From the NCBI GenBank assembly GCA_038496445.1, contig JALMLS010000204.1, forward strand, positions 248,001 to 312,000: DNA of 64,000 nt, given 5' to 3'. This stretch comes from Trichosphaerium sp. ATCC 40318 (lineage: Eukaryota; Protista; Tubulinea). Both the position numbers and the translations under genes were made by a program. The notes below the pieces were generated by a model, which did not search any database, had not been told where the DNA came from, and worked only from the letters and a program-made list of their open reading frames with translations. Of this stretch, positions 49,562-64,000 are shown piece after piece. Numbering within the stretch: the stretch's first letter is position 1; each line of letters opens with the position of its first letter.

Positions 49562-50838
49562 TCATTTTCTTGTCAATAATATGTTATCAATAAGTCGGGT
49601 TGAACCAAGCTTAATGGCAGCAGAGAAAACAGCGCCAGCTTCTCCAATATTCTCAACTTCAATACCTTAAGAATATGGTGTCAATGCATACACAGGGAGA
49701 GTAAAACTGTTAAAAAGAAAAGACAAAAATACAATACCATCGTCTAGATCAGCAATGCTAAAGTAATCTATAACAGCCTCTGGCAAAGTATGCTTCAAAT
49801 GATTCGTTGCGCTATTAATAGTTAGAATGAAACAAGAATTATTCTTTAGTCTCACGTGTCACAGAGTGTTTTGGCATCAAGTACACCATTCTTGTCAAAT
49901 TGAATATTCGCTTTTTGTAAGGCTTCATACAGAGCTGGTGCCTAATTCTGCTTTAGATACCTGACAGTCTTCCCAAAGAATAACGTACTCTCTTTCTATC
50001 TTCTTTGGATAAGTAAGAGTTTCTAGAGCTCATGGCAAGTCCGTCACTTTCTCTAGTTGTTGGTACAACAACAACATCAACAGGTACATTTAAATCCCTC
50101 ATTAATTTTCTAATTGTTAGGTGAGTACGTTAATAACACTGCAATATTTCTCCCTACCTTATAGTAATACATTGTATGGCATCCTTCTGGCCAAAGTAAA
50201 TCTTGTCCGGTTGCACAATATTGTTCAGTTTTGTTACAATGGTTGCTACACCCTTGAAGAAATCAGGGCGTGATTTTGCTTCTCTTGTTTGCTCTACGCA
50301 TATCAGTACCCAACCTCTTCCCCTCTTCTCACTTACCAATGGTCTCAACGTTGACGTATGTAGAGAATCCAGGAGGATAGATTTCTTGTTTTGTTGGTAG
50401 AAAGACAGCGTCTACATTCTCCTTCTCGAGAAGAGACAAATCATTTTTTGTGTTTCTATTTTTTTTTTAAGTTAACGCTAATCACGTGTACTCTGACAGA
50501 TAATTGATTCCGTACTGTGGGTAAGTATCTAAGTCTTCATGGGCCGCAAACTGGGCTGGGTTGATGAAAATGCTAGCAACTACAAATTCAGTCTCTAGGC
50601 GTCAAAAGTTAGTGTTACGCTATGGTTAGCGCATATAACGATAAATAGCGTGTTAACGTTGGTTTGGCTGACACTTTTAAGTAAAACTGCTGAACGTACC
50701 TTCTCTGGCTTTTCTGACTAATGATAGATGCCCTTCATGCAAATAACCCATCGTTGGTACTAAACCAACGGTTTTATTTGCTTTTCTTGTTTCAGCGCGT
50801 ACGCGAGCATACGCAGATACAGACTTTGCTACTTGCAT
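49562..50838 (-). CDS. panC: Pantoate--beta-alanine ligase (pantothenate synthetase; multi-exon)
   Basis: [18 protein letters not shown] (HIGH-type motif), [57 protein letters not shown] and TRLIDNI. Confidence 0.95.
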
Positions 50839-51240
50839 ACTTAAAAAGTTAAAAATTCAGCCAAACAGTAATTTTTTTGTGTAAGAGTCTCGCTTGGTCT
50901 CCTATGCTTGTGTAGTCGAGTACTCTAGCTTCCACCGGTTTCTACGCTTGTGTTTACTGGATAAGCGGCGTTTTATTGTCTTATACGCACGTACGCTCTG
51001 TTTTGATCCGGAATTTCTATTTTTGAATAGTAGACTATTTTTCTGAGCTCTTGAGTTCGCTGAAACTATTTTAACGCGTGTTCATTGCAGTCCAACATAT
51101 TCTAAGACAAAACAAGCAAACAAAGCTTTAAACGCCCACTTCTTACATTAAAAAAGGTTCTGGACCATCTCGCAGTGGTATATTAACATCTCCCACAAGC
51201 CTTCAACTTTTCTCCTCTTTTTCAAAACAACTTCAAAAAA
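50839..51240. promoter_or_regulatory. Putative bidirectional promoter between panC and panB-panE
   Basis: 402-bp non-coding interval between divergent ATGs. Contains the direct repeat CTA(T/C)GCTTGTGT at about 50902 and 50942, plus CTCGCTTGGT at 50889. Confidence 0.55.
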
Positions 51241-54164
51241 ATGTTACAATCCACAAGATTTTACACCGCTTGTCGGCAATCAATACAAATACGTGACAGA
51301 TGTCATCGTGCAACAACCCGTAAATACTCAAAGCCCGTTACAACATCAAAAACATCATTACTTGATTGGAAGCGAAAGTATGAGCAAAAGGCACCAATCA
51401 CAATGGTGACAGCGTATGATTATACTAGCGCAATGCTAGTAGACAAGGCAGACATAGACGGGTACCTTTTTTTTTTTCATTTTATTTTTTTTTTTGATCA
51501 AAAAAGTTTTTCCGGTTTAAAGTTTACCCATCTTTAGAATTCTTGTTGGTGATTCTCTTGGTATGGTTATGCAAGGCGAGAGTGATACTACCGCTGTAAC
51601 TGTAGATGGTACGTATTTTTTACATGAACATTACCAATAACAATTTTAACGGAAGACGTTCTGTGAACAGTTTCAGTTGAAAAAAACAAACTAAAGTTTT
51701 TGTGTTTAACCTTTTTTTACTAGATATCATTCATCATTGTAAAGCTGTATCAAAGGGTTCTAAGAAAAAATTTCTTGTCGGTGACATGCCTTTTGGAAGC
51801 TATGAAGCATCGCCAGAAGATGGTAAGAATTTTCTTTTGACATTCTTCAAACAGTCAAATGACACGTGATGTTTGATTTAGTAAGTAACTTTTCTGTTAG
51901 CTGTTCGAACAGCTGTTCGTATAATGAAAGAAGGACAAGTTGATTCAGTAAAAGCAGAAGGAGGAAAGCGCATAGCAGCGAACATTAAAGCTATTACAAA
52001 TGCTGGAATACCAGTAATGGGTCATATCGGTTTGACACCACAAACAGCCAGCAATTTAGGTGGATTCAAAGTCCAGGGTACTGATAACTGCGTTAAGCAC
52101 TGTGCTTATTTTTCATAGGACGTACTGCTGAAGGAGCACTTGAACTCGTAGAAGATGCTTTAGCTCTTCAAGAAGCGGGATGTTACGCACTTGTCATTGA
52201 AAGTGTACCACGTAAGATAGGAGAATTTATTACGTCCAAGCTGAAGATTCCTACAATTGGCATTGGCGCAGGTAAGCTTATTATCAGTAAACTAGATATT
52301 AACGGAGTTAATCACGTGTAGGTAATTCTACTAGCGGACAAATATTAGTGTGGCATGATATGTTTGGCGTGTACGATGACATGAGTCCAAAGTTTTCAAA
52401 AAAGTTTGCGAACGTTGGAGAAATAATTTCACAAGGATTGTCTCAATACAATACAGAAGTTTCCTCTAGACAGTTCCCAGCTAAAGAACATTCTTATATG
52501 ATGAAACAAGAAGAATGGAATAAGTTTAAGACATGGTTCAATATAGATAAGCAACAAGTAACTCCAGTATTAAAAGCTGAATCGGCAGTAAAAACGAAAA
52601 AAGAAGCGACGTCAGGAGAATCAGTTGCAGTACCAAATATTCAGATAAATGCTAAGAAGCTTAAAATTGCTATTGTTGGTGCTGGTAAGTTCAACGAGGT
52701 TAACTCCTGTCTCTAAACTGTTTTAAAAAACAGGAGCAATGGGTAGCCTTTTTGCAGGTCATTTGGCAAAAGTTAAAGACGCCAATGGCGAAAAACCTGA
52801 GGTACACATGCTGCACGTGTTTCTTATTATTTTCTTAACACTTGGTTTTTTATTTGTTTTCCTTCTTTGTTTAATGTACCACAAAGTCTGTTATCCAGGC
52901 AGTGGATTTTTTACTTTTATTTTCTCTCATTCGGTAAAAACAATTATGGAAAAATTATTAATTTTATGGATAGATTTGGCTAGTATCTTCATGGCGCGAT
53001 CATATTGATAAAATAAATCATGGCGGTTTAACACTAGAGACAGTAGATACTTCTTATAATACTTTTGATAATATAAAAGCAACACACAATCCAGAGGAAG
53101 TTTTAAAAACTGGTCCGGCAGATTACTCGATGGTTATGGTACAAGAACGATAAGTTGTTTGGAGTCTATACTAACTTATTCCTAAGGTAAAATCTCCGTA
53201 CACTGAAAGTGCAGCACAATGCGCTGCAACTGTATTAGGAGATAATAAGAAAGGTCACATCATTACACTACAAAACGGAATGGGTAATCGCGAGATAATA
53301 ACTGACATTTTACAAGATGAGAATCGTGTTATTCAAGGGACTACAAGTCATGTATGTCATTGTATTGTTTTTATCCCAATCTAACAGTATTATTATTAGG
53401 CTGCTATGATAGTTGAGCCGGGATGTGTGAGGCACACTGGTATTGGTGACACGTATCTTGCTTCAAACAAATATAATGAAAAAGAAGTACAATTACTTAG
53501 TGATATGTTTAGTAGTACTGGTATTGATTCACAGGTTCGTCAATCACACGTGATATTTGTCGTTTATTTACAAAAAATTAACATTACGATTAAGGTTCAA
53601 AAGGATCTGGATTCTCTTTTATGGGGAAAACTCATTATAAATGCCGGCATTAACCCTCTAACCGCAATCTTTGGCCTAAAAAATGGAGACTTGACTGGTT
53701 CAGAGAAACGATTGGATCTTCTTACAAAGACTGTTGGCGAAGCTGCTAATGTAGCATATGCTAACAATATAAAAGTAATTATTTCTAATCATTTTCCATT
53801 GAGTTAACGTATTTTTTTTATAGTTACCTTTTGATAATCCACTCCAAAAAGTTTTGGAAGTATTAAGAAATACAGCGCCTAATCAATCCTCAATGTTAGC
53901 TGATATTCTACGTGGAGTAACAACTGGTACGTTACAGTGTATTAGATTAATAGTTTAGTGCTATAGCAACTCCAGAAAATGAAGCTGACTTACTTTTTTT
54001 CCTTAGAAATCAAACACATTAATGGCGTTATTGTGAAAGAAGGAGATCGCCTTGGTCAACCTGTAGATATCAATAGATTACTTGTTGGCATATTATCAGA
54101 CTTTAAAGGTTCTAGGCCAAAGGATTTACCTAATATGTTAGCTGCAAGGTTGATGGCTTTATAG
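51241..54164 (+). CDS. panB: Bifunctional ketopantoate hydroxymethyltransferase / ketopantoate reductase (PanB-PanE fusion) with mitochondrial presequence-like N-terminus (multi-exon)
   Basis: PanB: [69 protein letters not shown]. One exon (ORF 52348..52716) runs without a stop from the PanB C-terminus through a linker into PanE KIAIVGAG|AMG. PanE motifs: [34 protein letters not shown]. Confidence 0.93.
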
Positions 54165-55363
54165 AAGAAAGTGTTTATGAATTATCATTTTTGTACATAC
54201 AGTAATTTTACGCACTCTTCGAACTACAAACAATAAAAATACTTGCCTATGACTCTTGTATATCGACAATATCAATTACATTTACCGTCACTGTTTGATA
54301 GTGTACAGTGACAAATGTTGATTTCTTGTGACGTACAAAGAATGTTGATAGGCCAGCCATTGTAATTACATTGAGCGTACAGTAGGCTACTCATAAAAAA
54401 GAGCCATCACGGGTAAACTTCAACAGATTACTTCCCGTTGCAGCTTTTGCTGACTCTCTTCATCCGAACAGGGTGAACAAAGAAAAGGGTTTCAAAGCCC
54501 TTTCAAACATAATTTATTTCATATGAAACGGGTTTTAGGTTTTGTTGAGGTACATAATGTAGGGTATTCTAGAATCTTAGTGTTGTACTCATAAACAATA
54601 CGTGTTCAAAATCCAGGACGATTTTTTGTCGGCTTTTAGGGCTAAAGTCGGAGCCTTCCAACTTGCGACATAGAGGCAAAACTACATGTCGTGGGACAAG
54701 TACAACTGTAAGCGCTTTCGCTACCAGTAGAAATCACGTGTAGAGGTTCTCAAACAGGTTACAACAAATCCGTTCTGACTAGGATAGTCACGCAAAACAG
54801 CAGTTAACTGGATGTAAGGGTAAAAAACAGCTTAGCGCTAGTTTACCAGGTACTACAGGATGTGCACTCTTTTTTCCAAAGCAGACATTCACATAAACAC
54901 ATGAAGTGCGTTCGTTTTCTGCATCGGCCGCAACTTTGTGTTACGCTACTAGTTTCTGTTTCGCTCTGATTCAAAGTACATAAACCCAATATATCCACAC
55001 AAAGATCCATGAGAACCATTGACTTTTAAAGTTATGCACTTTTTCACTAATGACTCCAGAAAAAGCCAAAACTATGCCAATGTTCTTTGTAAGGCGTTCT
55101 ATACACATTGGGTACGTATCGGCTCTAATGGGTGTTGGCTGCCGAAAGTGGTTTGCGGGCATCTTTTTCTCCAACACTCTCCCTTTTTTTCTTACTTTTT
55201 TTTTTCATCTTATTTGGTTCTAGGAGCATTATTTGGTACCTCTGTTCGAATTCTATTGTCTAACTATGCTGGTACCAGAGTGCCCGCAAAATGCGGCCAG
55301 AGTTTTGTGCACGTGACTTTATCAATTTTATCTATTGCCAAAAACACCAAAAGCATACTAAAC

Positions 55364-57704
55364 ATGAAGCTACTCCTAATCGCACTCATTTGTGTAACAG
55401 GTACTTATTTTGTCAACGGTAAAAGTGCTACTTTATGCATTAGTTCTTTAATTAATCCAACTCCGCGGATTTAAACTGTATTAACCCCGTGGCATAGTTT
55501 GTCTTGCTCAAGACGTCGACTTTGACTGTAGTAATACGGACTGGTCTTCGTTATTTGATAAATGTAAAGCCGTTATAGCTCGCATTAGTAACGCCACAAG
55601 ACCTGTACGTCTTCTTTAATATAGTAATGACCAGTTATTCGTTTAGCCTTTTTCAACGAAAGAGTTTGACTAAGTTGTCAATAGGCAGTAGATAACGACA
55701 GAGTCAATGACTTGCCTACACGATCAGCAAATGATATGGCTTTCAGTGGCAGAGATACAACTAAGCGTTCCCTAGCAGATTTTGAAATCAGCAACGGACG
55801 TATTGATGGTGTTTGTGACGCACTCTCGGAGTGTGCTGTTGCGTACAGAAAATACTCACGTGTCATCGCTTTTTGCGCCAATGACAGCCGAGTTGCTACA
55901 GCTATAAGAGGAAGCAATACCGCCCTTGTTCGTACCTACACAATAAGAAGAATCCTTGACTTTTTAAGAGAACAATGGTAAGACCCTTCGACTCGTCATT
56001 GTTACTTACTGTTTTTCTTAAGCTCTCCTGAACCAGAAGATAGACGTTGTCGTCCAGCTATGTTGGAACGTTTCAAAGATCTCGCTGATACTGTCGTTCA
56101 CAACTGCTTTATGAAAGATAACATTTTGAATGGTGTTTGCTCTGAACGTTGCGATTTCGCTCTCCGTGCACTTGCAAATATTGCCAGATTCTGCATTCAT
56201 CGCCCAGCTGTATTGGAAACAATGAGGAGACTCAAACCGCTTGTTATTCGTCGTAAGATGATATGTGATCGGATTGAAAACTGTGGAGAATTGAGGCAAC
56301 GACTTGCTGTTCTTTACGAAAGATGTACAGCAGCAGTAGAGGGTGGTGTACGCATATTCACTTTTGGTTTTTTTTGCCCTTATGAGTATCACGTGTTGTT
56401 TGGTTTAAGTGGCTAACAAACTGACTTTAGGAATGCTCTCCGGCTTGTAGACTCCTTCGTATTGCCGGAAGACGATACATCAACTACTGCACAAGAAATA
56501 ACGCTGGAGATACTTCAAACGAGCTCACTGACGATGATAGAGAAAAGCTAATTAAAATTGATGAGAGTTGCAACTTTGTACGACGTGGTGATGTTGATGT
56601 TGTTGAAGAAAACGATGGTAGAATAATACGTGCTACTGTAACACGACCAATTGATTTTCCTGGTGAAACAATTGCTGAGGTACTATCACCTTTCAAACCA
56701 AACTAGCTGTTGATGATTTCTATGCTAACTCTGTGTCTAGTGTGTCTCCGAAGTCAAAGATAATGACAACAAGGCTCCGTTCTTGAGATGTCTATTTGGT
56801 GCATGTAAGGATAATGTACAAACTACCCTCGAAATGGTTATTGATCGTGTTTCCGAATGTCTTGAAGCAAACATTGATGATCCAGATTCCTGCTTCGAAA
56901 CTCGTGATATGGTTGATAACGGCGATGGCGACGATTCTACCGACCTTGGAAGAGGATCTGTCGATGCTGATTCCACTACTGGAAACGACGGTGATGGAGC
57001 GGAAGTATCAACAGTAGTCCAATCCATGTCTTTCCTTGACGGATGCAGAATGCTTTTCAGACAAAAAGCAGCAGCTACTGATGCCGTTGACACGGTCGCC
57101 GATACACCAGTTGGCGCTGGAATCGAGAGCGTAATGACTCTAGCTCAATGTGTTCGCAAAAACAACAAAACAAAGTAAGTTAGTATGCGTGCCTTTTTGC
57201 TTTGCCATTTCGCCTTCACTAACTTTCTTTTCAAGACGTGTTGTATCTCTCCATCTACGCTGCAGCGGAGACTTTGGTCCTCTTGAAGATGATCCAGATC
57301 AATCAGATTTTAAGAGAATCACGTGCGGTTGTGGTGGTATCTTTAGAGCAAAGAAAACAGCAACTTGTACAACTTGGGACGGCGAGGTTAAGGAAGTTAC
57401 TGTTGTTCTAAAGATTATCACAAAGATTAATGCTAAGGTTACTGAAAGACAACCAAAAGGTGCCGCTATGAAACAAATCCGTGTTTTGGGTCAAGTCATT
57501 GGAGGAGAAGACTGTGAAACCTTTGAATGGGATCCATCTGTTACTGTTAATGAGTCCACATTGGATTCTTCAGTTGATCAAAACCCTGGCACTACAACTA
57601 CTACACAACCTCCAAGTGATACAACTGAGCCAAGCTCAAGCGATTCCATATCCCTATTCATTGGCATTGGCCTTTTACTATCTGCCTTGTTGTTGAGCTT
57701 GTAA
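55364..57704 (+). CDS. Secreted Cys-rich, probably GPI-anchored surface protein of unknown function (multi-exon)
   Basis: Signal peptide MKLLLIALICVT, many Cys-spaced helical segments, an acidic insert, a Thr/Ser-rich stalk and a hydrophobic C-terminal tail (SLFIGIGLLLSALLLSL*). Confidence 0.7.
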
Positions 57705-58146
57705 AACATGTATGAACAATAAACTTAGCTATTCTGTTACGCTTTTGCAATTGGTGAGATGTTATATATTAGAATTCTTGTGTCTGATAGCCTAACTTAG
57801 CATTCACTTCTTCTATCGCTAGGTAAGATAAACGTAGAAAATAAGTTTGAACAGAAGTAAGCTGCTTGAGGGACGTTTGCTTTAGCTAAATAGAATTCTC
57901 GTGCAGTTTTTTAATGTTATATCAGACTCATCAACAGTACCGGTCATTACAAGAGATGGCATAAAGGCCAATAGCAGGAGCAACATACTTATGTCAATGG
58001 TAAACTCGAAGGAACGTAAAATACAAGATAGCGTGAGCATTTTAAGCAAAGGTAACTCAAAGGTAGTAAGTGAAAGAACTAAAATCAATGGTAATCAAGA
58101 AGTGTAAAAAAAAAGTACAGTATCGACACCCTTTCAAAGTTTGGTC

Positions 58147-63434
<5,288 letters not shown>

Positions 63435-63593
63435 GGTTACTTCCCACTTCAATTGAGGTTAACAGAAAACAAGCGGCAGTTAAGTCAAAAATCGTCAAAG
63501 GCGTTCAAATTTTTTAACACTTTACTCTCTGACAGGCACCTTAACACTTCATTGTATTGGTCCATACGAGATAGCCAACAAGCGTTTGCTCAC

Positions 63594-64000
63594 ATGGAGC
63601 CGCTTTTAACCGACAGTGCATTAGCTGAGCTTTTACAGAGAGCAGAATACGAGAATGAGCAACGCAGGTATGGTAGACGCATTTTAACTGCTGTAGAATG
63701 CGATGTAAGTATTTTTCCTAGATTGAATACCGCCAATGCCACGAACATTGATAAAGATGACTTGATTGACCCAACACCGGATGTAAGGGCGTTATTTGTA
63801 CAATTCAACCGAGAATACTTTGATGGTATTCTAAGTTGCGTAGAAGTACGTTGGAGCACGCGGATGACACTGTACGTGCGTTCATAATTCAATAGCACCA
63901 ATTTAAACAATATGCAGTTTTTCGTGTCAAAAACAAATCTGACAATCACTAAAACCGTCACAGGTGCGCTGGAGTATGTGAATTCCGACGTGGTCATTGT
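63594..64000 (+). CDS. SPRTN: SPRTN/Spartan SprT-family DNA-protein crosslink protease, 5' part (runs off the window)
   Basis: DSALAELLQ, DLIDPTPDVRALFVQFNREYFDGILSCVEVRWSTRMTL|CAGVCEF (SPRTN signature), with an intron at about 63873-63963. Confidence 0.88.

Noticed and set aside
49562-54164. Bacterial contamination as the source of the pan genes
   Set aside because: Both genes contain many host-style short introns and are contiguous with eukaryote-specific genes.

Overview
A gene-dense, AT-rich eukaryotic genomic window, most likely from a free-living protist. An amoebozoan-like source is inferred from gene content, very short spliceosomal introns (about 35-250 nt, GTACGT/GTAAGT donors) and the standard genetic code. 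About 27 genes can be reconstructed by eye across introns: BAG6-like UBL protein, ATG18/WIPI, Rim2/SLC25A33-like carrier, RPB9, a PWWP-ZZ-dual-specificity phosphatase, TDO, CSN6, NudC, DENND6, an Rnl2-type RNA ligase, an S28 peptidase, a DUF1295 protein, a dynein intermediate chain, a GH55 glucanase, a CHK2-like kinase, an LRR-hemolysin III/PAQR fusion, USP7 and SPRTN. The stand-out system is a compact pantothenate (vitamin B5) biosynthesis cluster: panC is transcribed head-to-head, across about 400 bp, with an intron-containing, apparently mitochondrion-targeted PanB-PanE fusion gene. Two accessory islands (about 14.9-19.0 kb and 43.1-46.8 kb) hold a family of F-box-like + MORN-variant repeat genes resembling giant-virus proteins, next to a 741-bp TIR element (MITE) and a decayed piggyBac transposase. 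One copy appears to show an intron gain in progress. The palindrome CACGTG looks strongly over-represented, especially in introns. All exon structures were inferred manually and no database searches were run.
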